Below, in pieces: positions 1 through 10,158 of a stretch of DNA of 64,000 nucleotides (position 1 is the first letter of the stretch; every line of letters starts with the position of its first letter). Source of the DNA: Thermoanaerobaculia bacterium (GTDB taxonomy: Bacteria > Acidobacteriota > Thermoanaerobaculia > UBA5066); the NCBI GenBank assembly GCA_963719225.1, contig CAVRAY010000001.1, positions 2,976,001-3,040,000 on the forward strand, given 5' to 3'. Below the pieces are notes generated by a model. That model worked only from the letters and a program-made list of their open reading frames with translations. It searched no databases and had not been told where the DNA came from. The position numbers and the translations under genes are program-made.

Positions 1-660
1 CCGGCGCGCGCGCACCCGGCCGAACGCCTCGAAGAGACGCGCGTGGTTCTTGTGAGGCCAGAAATTCGCCGGGTAGAGGACGAAGGGCTCGCGCGCGTCC
101 GCGCCCGGGCGGAACCGGTCCGGATCGATCCCGAGCGGAATGACCCGGATCTTGCCGGCCGGCACACCAAGATGCCGCATCAAAGAGCTTGCGCTGAATC
201 GGCTGAGCGTGATGACCACTCGGGCCAGTTTCGCGGTTCGCGCATACATCCACTTCCGGTACGCACGCTCCGGAATAGAGAAGAACTCCGGATACACCTC
301 GTGCTGAACGTCGGCGATCGTCACGGCAGCCGGGACGCGCGTCACGGGCGGAATCATGACCGTCAGCGGATAGTGCAACGCCACGGTGCCACCCGCCAGC
401 ATCTCCCGCGCGACACGGCCCGGCCTCGCGACCGCGAAGGCCATCGCGACCGCCCGCCCCGTGAGGCTCCGCGACGCGGGATACGCGGAAATGATACGGG
501 CCGGAATGCCTTCGGCCACGTCCGGAGCGATGGTTGGAAGCAGGGCGACGTAGGAACGTGACCCGCAACGGCCAAGCCCGCGGCACAGGTCGCGTGCATA
601 GCGTTCGATCCCCGCGCCCGACGCCCCCGGAACGAGCGTCAAGAGACTGATGCCGATCAC
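1..660 (-). CDS. Glycosyltransferase family 4 (partial, runs off window start)
   Basis: Translated by hand from GTG at 660 (GTGA overlap with upstream stop): MIGISLLTLVPGASGAGIERYARDLCRGL...VTIADVQHEVYPEFF...VIPLGID...YPANFWPHKNH, typical GT4 motifs. Not in the ORF track because there is no stop in the window. Confidence 0.85.
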   Translation of the reverse strand, partial: MIGISLLTLVPGASGAGIERYARDLCRGLGRCGSRSYVALLPTIAPDVAEGIPARIISAYPASRSLTGRAVAMAFAVARPGRVAREMLAGGTVALHYPLTVMIPPVTRVPAAVTIADVQHEVYPEFFSIPERAYRKWMYARTAKLARVVITLSRFSASSLMRHLGVPAGKIRVIPLGIDPDRFRPGADAREPFVLYPANFWPHKNHARLFEAFGRVRARR

Positions 661-1679
661 GCGGCTCCCCCGGCCAGGCCGCCGAGGAAGTCGGTGAGGT
701 CCGGGAGGTGACGGCGGTAGTCCGCGGCCTCGGAGGCGAGCCTCTCTTCCTCCATTTCGCCGACCAGGCCGGAGAAGAGAACCTGACGACCCGTCGACCA
801 CGCGTTCCAGAATTTGGACGGGAAGACGGCTTTCGGAATGGCCGGGTGGCCCGCGACAAGATGGATCTCGGCCTCCCAGTACGCGCGGATCAGGTCACCG
901 GGTCGCTTCAGGGCGGCCCCCACGCGAATCCAGTCCGGAAGGCGCGCGAGGCCGGGGCCATCGCCCTGAACGGTGATCTCGAACCCGTCGCGCCGAAGTC
1001 TCTCGCAGAGCGCGAGGAAGCTGGGCAGGTGATGACCCCACCCCAGGTTGCCGGAGTAGAGCGCGGTTCCCGGGCGAAAGGGACGAGGTTCGCCGAGGTC
1101 GAGCGTTGGCCAGTTCCGGATAACCCGCGCATTCGGGCCATGGTAGCCGAGGTTCCCGGCGGCCTTCACGACGCGGTCCCATTCCGCGAGGCGCGCCTGC
1201 CATCTCGCAGAGAAGCGGCGGCGGAGCGCGAGAGGAAGGTCAACGACGCCGCGGATCAGCTCGGGATAGAAGTCCTGCAGCCAGTAAACGCCGCGCGCGC
1301 CTCTCCTCCGGACTTGGTGAATGAGCCCAATCGTCGTCGGCGGGGCGCTCGTCACGACGACGACGTCCCCGGGCGAGACGGACCGCAGGATCTCCGACGC
1401 GAACGCGCGCCTCACGGATTCGTACTCGAGCGCGGTTGAAAGAAGCCGGCCCCTCTTCCCTTCGCGATGGGGCACCCGCTCGATAGACGTCGCGGGCGCC
1501 GGTCTCTCGCCCGGGCGATACGAGCCCGTGCCTCCGACGAGCCGCACCGGGACGCCGGCGCGCGCGAGTGCGTCCGCCACCTGCTCCGCATAAATTCCCG
1601 TTGGCGCGTCGTCCGGCCAAAGGTACTGCGACAGGATGTGAACGACGCCGCCGCGCGGTCCCCAGGCCTCCCGGCTCAT
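657..1679 (-). CDS. Glycosyltransferase family 4 (WbuB/WcaI-like)
   Basis: SQYLWPD N-terminus, TSAPP, WLQDFYPE, YSGNLG and FPSKF motifs. Start moved to ATG 1679 (ATGA overlap with the upstream stop). Confidence 0.8.
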   Translation of the reverse strand: MSREAWGPRGGVVHILSQYLWPDDAPTGIYAEQVADALARAGVPVRLVGGTGSYRPGERPAPATSIERVPHREGKRGRLLSTALEYESVRRAFASEILRSVSPGDVVVVTSAPPTTIGLIHQVRRRGARGVYWLQDFYPELIRGVVDLPLALRRRFSARWQARLAEWDRVVKAAGNLGYHGPNARVIRNWPTLDLGEPRPFRPGTALYSGNLGWGHHLPSFLALCERLRRDGFEITVQGDGPGLARLPDWIRVGAALKRPGDLIRAYWEAEIHLVAGHPAIPKAVFPSKFWNAWSTGRQVLFSGLVGEMEEERLASEAADYRRHLPDLTDFLGGLAGGAA

Positions 1680-2596
1680 CCCCGGAAGTTTCGGAGCTGG
1701 ATCTGCCACGACTCCCGACGGTGCCGGAGCCCCGATTCCAGCATGACGCCCGTCAGGAGCGAGAAGAGCGCCAGGTTCATCAATGCCGCGGCGAGGATCG
1801 CGAGTGGGAAATGTCCGACCAGGTGGGTTTGAAAGTACTCGCGCACAGGCAGAATTCCCGCGGCGAGGCCGGCCACGAAGAAGAACCCCGAAACGAGCGC
1901 AAAGAACTCGAAGGGACGATAGTCGCGGAAGAGCACGAGGATCAGGCGCAGAATCCGGGTTCCGTCGCGCACGGTCCGCAGCTTCGAAGCGGTCCCTTCC
2001 GCTCGTTCCCGGAAGGGTACCGGCGCCTCGGCGACGCGGAAGCCCTTTTCGACGGCCTGAATCGTGAGCTCCGTCTCGAGCTCGAATCCGCGAAACAGGA
2101 TCGGCACGTTCTTGTAGAAACGGCGTGAGAACAGTCTCAGTCCAGAAAACAGGTCGCGCGGGGAGTAGCCAAATACGACGCTCATCGCGGCGTGGAACAG
2201 GGCCGAGCCGCCGCGATGAAAACGGCGGAACACGGCCTCGCTTCCCTTGGGCGTCCGCAGGCCCGTCACCATGTCCATCCCCTGCTCGCAGAGCGGGAAC
2301 AGGAGACGCGCGCCCTCGGCCGGGTACGTCCCGTCGCCGTCCACCATGAGGACGAGGTCCTCGTCGATCAGGTTCAGGGCGGTCGCCACGGCCCTCGCCT
2401 TTCCGCGCCTCTCTTCCAGGATCACCTCCGCGCTTGCGGCACGGGCAGCGGTCGCCGTCCCGTCTGTCGACCCGTTGTCGACGACGAGGATGCGCGCCTC
2501 GGGGAACGCACGGCGGTATTCCGACACGACGGACGCGATCCCCTTCTCCTCATTCAGGCACGGAATGAGCACCGCGAGCGTCCGCTTTTCAGCCAT
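1676..2596 (-). CDS. GT2 glycosyltransferase, polyprenol-phosphate sugar synthase (DPM1/GtrB-like) with C-terminal TM helices
   Basis: IPCLNEE, VVDNGSTD, MVDGDGTY, DLFSGLR and FELETE motifs; two C-terminal hydrophobic helices. Confidence 0.85.
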   Translation of the reverse strand: MAEKRTLAVLIPCLNEEKGIASVVSEYRRAFPEARILVVDNGSTDGTATAARAASAEVILEERRGKARAVATALNLIDEDLVLMVDGDGTYPAEGARLLFPLCEQGMDMVTGLRTPKGSEAVFRRFHRGGSALFHAAMSVVFGYSPRDLFSGLRLFSRRFYKNVPILFRGFELETELTIQAVEKGFRVAEAPVPFRERAEGTASKLRTVRDGTRILRLILVLFRDYRPFEFFALVSGFFFVAGLAAGILPVREYFQTHLVGHFPLAILAAALMNLALFSLLTGVMLESGLRHRRESWQIQLRNFRG

Positions 2597-2630
2597 GAAT
2601 CGCTCCCATTCTACGGCCAGGCTCTCGGCC

Positions 2631-4316
2631 TCAGTCGTAGACGCCGCGAAAGAGATCGTCGGGCGGCAAGGTCACCGGAAGAGGCATTGCGAACGTCGTT
2701 CCGACGGGGAGGAGATAGCGTGGACCGTCGGCGGTCGAGACGGAGACTTGGTGCGAGCCCAGCGTGACGAAATCGTCCGCACGGATTTCCCGGCCGTCGA
2801 GGCGCCACGTCTCTCCGCTTGGGGACCCGTCGGGCCGGAACAGTCGGTAGCGTCCAGGCCACCGGTTCACGAAGGGTACGGGCCGAGTGTCCCCGCAGAA
2901 CGCTCCGGTCAGAAGAACGTCGGGATGGACCCGAATGTACGAGCGGTCGAGCAGGTGCTGCAGGGGTTCCCGCAACTGGTGAACGCGGTAGTTCAGGATC
3001 CAGAGCTTCGGCCGGGAATCGAGGATGTGCCGGATCGAGCGATCGTCCCCGCGCGTCAACTCGGCGCGAACCCCCTCGAGGACGAGCGCCTCCCAGCTGA
3101 TCAGAGGCGCCAGGGTGCGTGTCGGAAGCATGCCGATGCCGTCGAAGTAATGGTCGCCGGGCGCGACGAGATGCTCCGCATACTCGACGACTTCATTCTG
3201 AACTCGGTTGTCGTGTACGAGATAGGCGAAATTGCGGGGTAGCTGCCACATGAGAAGTGCGCAGGCCGCGATGCGGACCCAGGGGCCGCGCTCCCGGGAA
3301 CGCTTTTCGAGCCACGAGAGCGCGCCGGGCGCGAACAAGGAGAGGAATGGCAATGCCATGACGAAGACGTAAGGCCAGGGTTGCTCGTGCAGGAACACCA
3401 GCAGCGTGACGACCGACGCCATGACGGCCGCGAGTCGCAACCGCGGCGGGGACGACCGGATTCGCGCCAGGACCAACGCGAGTCCGACCGCGGTGAGCGC
3501 GTAGGACACGGGGTTCCGTCCGAGAGTCTGTAGGACGAAGTGCCCGCGGATTCCCGCGTACTGCGGGTTGCCATGGAGCGGAACGAAATGCAGCGGGCTC
3601 AAGAAAACCATCGCGATCACGCGGAAAGGGTTTCGGCGATCGAACCACATCCCGTAGGCGAGGAGCGCGCCGGCGATGCCGCCGGCATAAGCGCCGAGCC
3701 GCGCGATCTGACGGCGGAGAGTGAGGCACCCGAAACCCGAGACGGCAAGGGCGAGGCCGAGGGCGACCAACGGATAGACGGCTTTCTGTGTGCTCAGAAA
3801 AGCGCCGCCGGCGAGGAGGCCGGCGAAAAACGCCCGGCTCGTGCCCTCCCCTCCGACGGCGACGAACACGGCGGCCGTCGCGAAGAAGACGGCGACCGTG
3901 TCGGATCGGATCCGGAACGAGCGTTCCATGAAGTTGGTGAACGAGAAAAGCACCGAGACGGCAAACCAGGCTTCAAAACGGCTGTGGCCGATCCGGCGCG
4001 CGATCCCCAGCGTCGCCCCGGCCGCGAAGAACGCGAGAAGGAGGCCCTCCATCCTCGCGACGTGCAGCAGGTCGACCGCGTTACTGGCGAGGAAATGAGC
4101 TACTTCGAAGACGTATATGTACAGGACGGTCTTGATGGGATCGAGCCCGTGATAGAAACCCACGGGAATATAGAGCGGGAACGTCGCCTGCGTGTACTCG
4201 TCCATGACGTAGCGCGAGTTCCATGCGAGGACTGGCAGCAGAAGCGTCCGCAAGGCGAGAACTCCCATGAGGACCGCGAATGCGAGGCGATGAATTCGCT
4301 CCGGCACGATCTTCAT
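2631..4316 (-). CDS. Polytopic membrane protein, probable GT-C fold glycosyltransferase (ArnT/PMT-like)
   Basis: Many TM segments, acidic MDEY in the first extracytoplasmic loop, RIRSD and FLSTQK motifs, soluble C-terminal domain. Confidence 0.6.
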   Translation of the reverse strand: MKIVPERIHRLAFAVLMGVLALRTLLLPVLAWNSRYVMDEYTQATFPLYIPVGFYHGLDPIKTVLYIYVFEVAHFLASNAVDLLHVARMEGLLLAFFAAGATLGIARRIGHSRFEAWFAVSVLFSFTNFMERSFRIRSDTVAVFFATAAVFVAVGGEGTSRAFFAGLLAGGAFLSTQKAVYPLVALGLALAVSGFGCLTLRRQIARLGAYAGGIAGALLAYGMWFDRRNPFRVIAMVFLSPLHFVPLHGNPQYAGIRGHFVLQTLGRNPVSYALTAVGLALVLARIRSSPPRLRLAAVMASVVTLLVFLHEQPWPYVFVMALPFLSLFAPGALSWLEKRSRERGPWVRIAACALLMWQLPRNFAYLVHDNRVQNEVVEYAEHLVAPGDHYFDGIGMLPTRTLAPLISWEALVLEGVRAELTRGDDRSIRHILDSRPKLWILNYRVHQLREPLQHLLDRSYIRVHPDVLLTGAFCGDTRPVPFVNRWPGRYRLFRPDGSPSGETWRLDGREIRADDFVTLGSHQVSVSTADGPRYLLPVGTTFAMPLPVTLPPDDLFRGVYD

Positions 4317-4505
4317 CTGGGCACGAATGCGTCGCGATCGCCGGCCTCGCTCGCGCGGCGCCTTTCGGCGCGGACACGCCCGCGCGCGATGCGTTCGTGG
4401 CCTTCGTGCTGCGCCTTTCGGTCGCGCAGATCGGGAGCGCTCATCGGGCGATGCCCCTCCACCGTGAATCGGACTGTCGCAAACCGCTGGCTATACTGAG
4501 CGATC

Positions 4506-6083
4506 TTGACATGTGCGAACGTCCGCTCACGCTCGTGGGCGCTGCTCGGCGCCGCGGCCGTCGCCGTCCCTCTGCTCCTGCTCCTTCTCCAGTTCGGCGC
4601 CGGGCGCGACCAGGGAGCGTACCTCGTGGTCGCGCGCGTGATGCAGGCTGGCGGAATGCCATACCGGGACGCCTGGGATGTCAAACCTCCGGGCATTTTT
4701 CTCGTCTACCGGCTCGCGCTCGCCTTCGGAGACGGAATGCTACCGGTCCGCGTGATCGAGGCGCTCGCGCTCGCGTTTCAGGCGATCGCCTTCGCTGTCC
4801 TTACCCGTCGCTTCGTGGGATCGGCCGTGCCGGGCGCCTGGGGCGGTGCGCTCGCAATTCTGATCCATGTGCAACTCGAGTTCTGGCATACCGGACAGCC
4901 GGAGAGTTTCGGCGGTCCCATCCTCGCGTGGGCGCTCGTCCTCGCGACGAACGTCGGGCGCCGAAAACTGAGCCTTTTCGCGTCAGGCGCCCTCTTCGGT
5001 ATGGCCGCCCTCCTGAAACCGCCTCTCGGCGGAGGGGTCGTCCTCGTGGCGGCCATCCTCGCGTGGCGGGATGCCCGCGCGGCGGTAACGGGACAGGGCC
5101 GCGCCGCCCTGAAGCCCCTGGTAACGATGGCACTCGGCTCCGCAGCAGTCGTGGCAGCAGCGTTCGCGTGGTTCCTGATTCGTGGTGCCGTTCCCGACCT
5201 GATGGAGACGTTCCGCGACTTCGTACCGCGCTACACCGCGCTAAGCCTTCGCGGACACAGCGCCCTGGGCCTCATTTACCGCGCATTTTTCGAATGGTTC
5301 GCCGTGTATTCCGCGCTCATCCCCGCGGGTGTCGCTCTTCTCCTGCTCTGGCGCGGGTCCGAGGACGAAACCTGGGGCCTCGCGCTCGTCGGGGCCGTTC
5401 TGGCCCCCCAAATCGCCGGCGTCGCGATGCAGGCCAAGTTCTTCGCCTACCACTACGGAGCGGCGCTGCCGTTCGGCGCTCTCCTCGCAGCGTGGGGCGC
5501 CGCGCGGGGATGGCGGCGCTTCCGCGGAGTCGCCCCCCGCCTCGCCGGGGTTGGGCTCGCGTTGCTGTTGCTCCGGGCCGATGCGCGGCCGCGCTACCCG
5601 TGGCTTGATCAGGCCGCGTCCCGCGTACGCGCCGCCCTCTCGCCCGCGGAACGAAACCGCATCCTCGACGCGCTTCAGTCGGCTGGTGACGTCGACGCAG
5701 CTGCGAACCGACGGGCTTCAGATTGGGTCCGCGGCGCAACACCCGCCGGCTCTTCGCTCTTTGTGTGGGGCTATGAACCCGTGCTCTACGACGACTCCGG
5801 TCGGGCACCAGCCTCGCGATTCATCTACAACGCGCCGCTGCGCACGTCGTGGTACGCCCACGTGGCGCGCCCGCGCCTCCTCGAGGATCTTGGAGGGCGA
5901 CGAAAGCCGGCCGCGATTCTCGTCGAGCGCGGCGACGTCGTCCCGCAAGTGACCGGCGACTCGATCGACAGCGCCGGAGCCCTCGAAGGGTTCGCCGAGC
6001 TGCGGGACCTGCTTGCGCGCGACTACGTCCCCGTGGTCGATACCGGACGCTTCGTCGGGTTCGTCCGTCGCCGCGCACCGTAA
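4506..6083 (+). CDS. Polytopic membrane protein, probable GT-C fold glycosyltransferase (GT39/ArnT-like)
   Basis: RDQG..Y, PYRDAWDVKPPG, QPES and ALLKP motifs, multiple TMs. TATACT -10-like box at 4492-4497; exact start uncertain. Confidence 0.7.
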   Translation: MTCANVRSRSWALLGAAAVAVPLLLLLLQFGAGRDQGAYLVVARVMQAGGMPYRDAWDVKPPGIFLVYRLALAFGDGMLPVRVIEALALAFQAIAFAVLTRRFVGSAVPGAWGGALAILIHVQLEFWHTGQPESFGGPILAWALVLATNVGRRKLSLFASGALFGMAALLKPPLGGGVVLVAAILAWRDARAAVTGQGRAALKPLVTMALGSAAVVAAAFAWFLIRGAVPDLMETFRDFVPRYTALSLRGHSALGLIYRAFFEWFAVYSALIPAGVALLLLWRGSEDETWGLALVGAVLAPQIAGVAMQAKFFAYHYGAALPFGALLAAWGAARGWRRFRGVAPRLAGVGLALLLLRADARPRYPWLDQAASRVRAALSPAERNRILDALQSAGDVDAAANRRASDWVRGATPAGSSLFVWGYEPVLYDDSGRAPASRFIYNAPLRTSWYAHVARPRLLEDLGGRRKPAAILVERGDVVPQVTGDSIDSAGALEGFAELRDLLARDYVPVVDTGRFVGFVRRRAP

Positions 6084-6133
6084 GGACGCCGCGATCGGGC
6101 GCGTGTCGCGTTCCTCACGGGCATGACGACATT

Positions 6134-7852
6134 CTACGGGGTCGGTCGCTGGCCCGGCTTCGGCAGGAAGAGCAGCCCCTCCGACGCGTGCCGGAGCGGA
6201 ACCGGTCCCGCATCCCCGACGCGCCGCGCGACCACGTAGCGGCGGGAAACCTCGAGAAAGAACCGATCGAGGAATCCGTTTCCGTAGATCGCCGCTCCGT
6301 ACTCAGGATAGGCACGGTTCGTCACGAGAAGAGCGTCGGGCGGGCGCTCGCGAAGCCGGCGGATCATCAGCTCTTCCGCCGCAGCTCCCTGAAATCCGGG
6401 AACGAAGGCTTCGTCCACGAACGGATTCTTGCGGCCCGTCACGAAGAGAAGGAACCCGGGCTCCGGAAAGATTCCGATGGTTCCCCCCTGAGGCACCGTC
6501 TCGCGGATGACCCGCGCGGCCTCGGTCACGAAGCGCGCCTCCTGAGGAACGAGAGAGACCGACGCACCCGGAAGGTCGACGCGTGTCATGGCGGCCATTC
6601 CGATTCCCTGGATGCGAAGCGCGATCTGGGCGGTCGCGAGCCCCAGCACGAGAGCCAGGAACGCTCCTCTCGCTTTCGTGTGCCGGCCGATCCAGGACAG
6701 CGCGACGACGAGCGCGAGGGGAGCCGAGAAAGCGCCGTACACGGGATTTCGGAGAAAGAAGGGCTGCCGCGCCAGCGCGGGAAGCATGACGAGGGCGGCC
6801 CCCGCGGCCGCCGGGTCGAGCGGGAAATCTCCACGCCTCGTGGCTGCGACCGCCTGGAGGAGAGCGGCGATCCCTACGCATCCCGCGAGCGGCAGGAGCG
6901 CGTGCAGCCACGCGTTCGAGGGCGAGAAGAACGTGAGCCCCCCGGCCACGAAGAGAAGTGGAATCAGAACGACGTTGAACGTCTTCCCTCCCGGTCGAAG
7001 GAGGAGCGCGAGGGCGATTCCGATCGCGGACGGGAAAAGCGCTTCCCAAAACCCTCCATGCGCGAAGTCGGCCGCCGTCAGCCCGCCGAAGAGGAGGCCC
7101 CGATAAAGGCGTCCGAATGACTCGGGGACGGAAAGAGCGATGAGAAAGCCCTGCCGTTTCATCTGGTCGACGCCGAACCGAAGGATCGGAGCCGCGTACG
7201 CGATTCCAGCCGTTCCGAGCATTCCCGCGCCCGCAAGGAACGCTTCCCTCCGCGGGCGGCGGAGGGCGAGGACGAAAAGGGGACCCAGGAGCGCGAGCGG
7301 GACCATCTCGACCTTCGTTCCCGCCGCGAGGCCGGCGACGAGTCCGGCGGCGATCGAGCCGATGGGCGACTGCGAGACCAGGGCGAGCTCGAGGGCCCAC
7401 CATGCGCCGACGGTCCCCGCGAGCGCGGCGACGCTGTACGGAAACGGCCACGAGCCCCCGATGCCGAACGCGCACGCGCCGATCGCGAACGCCGAGACGG
7501 CGGCCGCGAGCGATTCGCCTGGAACGAGCCGGCGCGCGATCCTCCGAAGCGCCTCCACGCCGAGAAGGGCGAGGAGGGTTCGCCACGCGACGAGGACGTC
7601 GAGGCTTCTGCCGAACGTCCGGAGAAGGAAACCATCCAGGAGGGCGGGAAGCGGCCCGTAGGCGTAGCCGACGTCGCGATAGAGCGCTTCGCCGTCGGCG
7701 AGGCGCAGCCCCGTGTTCATCTCCCGTCCGGAGTCCTCGAAGGGAAGAATCCAGCGCCTGAACGTCGCGACGAAGAGGACCGCGAAAACGAGGTGCGGCA
7801 GAAGCGTCCAGAAAAGGCCCGACCGACCGGCCGTTCTCGAGCTCTCCGACAT
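6134..7852 (-). CDS. Polytopic membrane protein, probable GT-C fold glycosyltransferase
   Basis: EDSGRE..GEALYRDV.Y.YGPL loop, AAGTKVE motif, many TMs. Start trimmed to ATG 7852. Confidence 0.65.
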   Translation of the reverse strand: MSESSRTAGRSGLFWTLLPHLVFAVLFVATFRRWILPFEDSGREMNTGLRLADGEALYRDVGYAYGPLPALLDGFLLRTFGRSLDVLVAWRTLLALLGVEALRRIARRLVPGESLAAAVSAFAIGACAFGIGGSWPFPYSVAALAGTVGAWWALELALVSQSPIGSIAAGLVAGLAAGTKVEMVPLALLGPLFVLALRRPRREAFLAGAGMLGTAGIAYAAPILRFGVDQMKRQGFLIALSVPESFGRLYRGLLFGGLTAADFAHGGFWEALFPSAIGIALALLLRPGGKTFNVVLIPLLFVAGGLTFFSPSNAWLHALLPLAGCVGIAALLQAVAATRRGDFPLDPAAAGAALVMLPALARQPFFLRNPVYGAFSAPLALVVALSWIGRHTKARGAFLALVLGLATAQIALRIQGIGMAAMTRVDLPGASVSLVPQEARFVTEAARVIRETVPQGGTIGIFPEPGFLLFVTGRKNPFVDEAFVPGFQGAAAEELMIRRLRERPPDALLVTNRAYPEYGAAIYGNGFLDRFFLEVSRRYVVARRVGDAGPVPLRHASEGLLFLPKPGQRPTP

Positions 7853-7916
7853 CAGGTGCGCCGAGGGTAGCGCACCCGCGGCCTGCCGCGGACCCTGCCT
7901 TATAGTGCCGTCACGT

Positions 7917-9356
7917 ATGCAATCAGGCGACCGCGCGGAGCGCGAGTACCGGCGGCGCCGCGTCGCGCACTGGAATGCGCTCGCCCGCCGCACCGACGCG
8001 GGCCGCGGCTGGGGCGCCTACTACCACGAGCGGCTCGCGCGGCTTCTCCGGATGCAGATCTCGCCCGGGCTGCGCGTCCTCGAGATCGGCTGCGCGCGCG
8101 GCGACCTGCTCGCAGCGCTCGAGCCCGGTTTCGGGGTCGGGATCGATTTCTCCCGCGAGACGATCGCGCGCGCCCGTCGCGCGCATCCGCACCTCGCCTT
8201 CGTGGAGGCCGATGCGCACGCGGTCCCGCTCGCGGGGCCGTTCGACGTCATCGTGCTTTCGGACCTCGTGAACGACGCGTGGGACGTCCAGCGGATCTTC
8301 TCGGAGGTCCGGCGCCTGAGCGGTCGCGCGACGCGCATCCTCGTGAACGTCTACAGCCGCGTTTGGGAGCTGCCGCTCGCGATCGCGGGCTCCCTCGGCA
8401 TCGCCCGTCCGAACCTGGCGCAGAACTGGCTCACCGTCGAGGACCTCACGCACCTCTGTGAGCTGACCGGCCTCGAGGTCGTGCGCCGCCGGGAGGAGTT
8501 CCTCCTGCCTTTGCCCGTGCCGTTACTCGCACCGTTCGCGAACCGGGTCCTCGGGCGCCTCTGGCCGTTTCGGCTGTTCGCGCTCACGAACGTCCTCGTC
8601 GCGAGGCTCGTGCCGCGCCTTCGGCCCGACGATCCGCCGCCCCGCGTGTCCGTCGTCGTGCCCGCCCGCAACGAGGCCGAGAACATCGCCGAAATCTTCG
8701 ACCGCGTGCCACGGATGGGCGCGGGCACGGAGCTCGTGTTCGTGGAAGGCCACTCCGGCGACGCGACGTACGACAGGATTGCCGCGGAGATCGCACATCG
8801 GCCGGGCATGGCCTGCCAGCTCCACCGGCAGACCGGCGTCGGGAAGGGAGATGCGGTGCGCCTGGGCTTCGCGCACGCGACCGGGGACGTCTTCATGATC
8901 CTCGACGCCGATCTGACCGTGCCGCCCGAGGACCTGCCGCGCTTCTACGAGGCGCTCGTCGAGGGCAAGGGCGAGTTCGTGAACGGCGTGCGCCTCGTCT
9001 ACCCGATGGAGGAGCGCGCGATGCGCTTCCTCAACCTCATCGGGAACAAGTTCTTCAGCCTCGCGTTTTCGCGCGTTCTCGGCCAGCCGGTCAAGGACAC
9101 GCTCTGCGGGACGAAGGTCCTGAGCCGCACCGACTACGAGCGCATCGCGGCGAATCGCGCGGCGTTCGGCGACTTCGACCCCTTCGGGGACTTCGACCTT
9201 CTGTTCGGCGCCTCCCGTCTCAATCTCAAGATCGTGGATTTGCCGATCCGCTATCGCGAGCGCCGTTACGGGACGACGAACATCGACCGCTGGCGACATG
9301 GCGCTCTCCTCTTCCGGATGCTCGGCTTCGCGGCGACGCGTCTCTGGATGGTCTGA
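7917..9356 (+). CDS. Bifunctional class I SAM methyltransferase / GT2 glycosyltransferase fusion
   Basis: N-terminal LEIGCARG SAM motif; C-terminal VPARNE, ILDADLTV and DTLCGTK GT2 motifs. Start ATG 7917 after TATAGT (7901-7906). Confidence 0.85.
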   Translation: MQSGDRAEREYRRRRVAHWNALARRTDAGRGWGAYYHERLARLLRMQISPGLRVLEIGCARGDLLAALEPGFGVGIDFSRETIARARRAHPHLAFVEADAHAVPLAGPFDVIVLSDLVNDAWDVQRIFSEVRRLSGRATRILVNVYSRVWELPLAIAGSLGIARPNLAQNWLTVEDLTHLCELTGLEVVRRREEFLLPLPVPLLAPFANRVLGRLWPFRLFALTNVLVARLVPRLRPDDPPPRVSVVVPARNEAENIAEIFDRVPRMGAGTELVFVEGHSGDATYDRIAAEIAHRPGMACQLHRQTGVGKGDAVRLGFAHATGDVFMILDADLTVPPEDLPRFYEALVEGKGEFVNGVRLVYPMEERAMRFLNLIGNKFFSLAFSRVLGQPVKDTLCGTKVLSRTDYERIAANRAAFGDFDPFGDFDLLFGASRLNLKIVDLPIRYRERRYGTTNIDRWRHGALLFRMLGFAATRLWMV

Positions 9357-9359
9357 CCG

Positions 9360-10139
9360 ATGCGCACCTTCGTCGCGCGACTGCTCGCCGAGCCGCGCGC
9401 GCGGGATCTCGAGCTGGACGACCCCGCCACGACGGTGGCGCGGCGCTCGATCATCGCCGGCAAGCCGCCGCTCCGCCGCATCTACGAGGAGTGGTACGAC
9501 GACCTCGCGGCGCAACTGCCCGCGGGACCCGGAGCCGTTCTCGAGCTGGGGTCCGGGCCCGGGTTCCTGGCAGAGCGGATTCCGGAGGTCGTCACCTCCG
9601 AGGTGTTCGTGTGTGCGGGCCTCCGCGGCGCCCTGGACGCGCGCGCTCTCCCCTTCCGCCCCGGGGCGCTGCGGGCCATCCTCATGACCGACGTCTTCCA
9701 TCACGTGCCCGATGCGGCGCTCTTCCTGCGCGAGGCCTCGAAGGCGCTTCGCCCGGGCGGGCGCATCATCATGGTGGAACCTTGGGTCACGCCCTGGTCG
9801 CGCTTCGTCTACGGGACTTTCCACCACGAGCCGTTCGACCCAGGGAGCAAGGACTGGACGTTTCCCGGGGGCGGGCCGCTCTCGGCGGCGAACGGTGCCT
9901 TGCCCTGGATCGTCTTCTCCCGCGACCGCGAGCGTTTCCGGCGCGAGTTTCCGTCGCTGCGCGTCGTCGACGTCGCCCCGCGGCTTCCCTTCCGCTACCT
10001 TCTTTCCGGCGGACTTTCGATGCGATCCCTCGTCCCACGAACTGCCTTCGAATGGATCGCACGCGCCGAAGCGCGGCTCGGGCGGCGCGCCGCCGAGAGA
10101 TGGGCGATGTTCGCGCGGATCGTCGTCGAACGGGTCTGA
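9360..10139 (+). CDS. Class I SAM-dependent methyltransferase
   Basis: LELGSGPG motif I, DVFHH, LRPGGR. Confidence 0.85.
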   Translation: MRTFVARLLAEPRARDLELDDPATTVARRSIIAGKPPLRRIYEEWYDDLAAQLPAGPGAVLELGSGPGFLAERIPEVVTSEVFVCAGLRGALDARALPFRPGALRAILMTDVFHHVPDAALFLREASKALRPGGRIIMVEPWVTPWSRFVYGTFHHEPFDPGSKDWTFPGGGPLSAANGALPWIVFSRDRERFRREFPSLRVVDVAPRLPFRYLLSGGLSMRSLVPRTAFEWIARAEARLGRRAAERWAMFARIVVERV

Positions 10140-10158
10140 CTCGGAGGCGTCCCGGCCC

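Noticed and set aside
363-660. Possible frameshift at the start of the first GT4 gene (ORF track shows only a 78-aa ORF)
   Set aside because: Manual translation from GTG 660 is continuous to the window edge; the 78-aa ORF is in another frame.
4313-4696. 127-aa minus-strand ORF between two membrane genes
   Set aside because: Overlaps the 4506 gene antisense, is low-complexity and has no motifs; the region is better explained as a divergent promoter.
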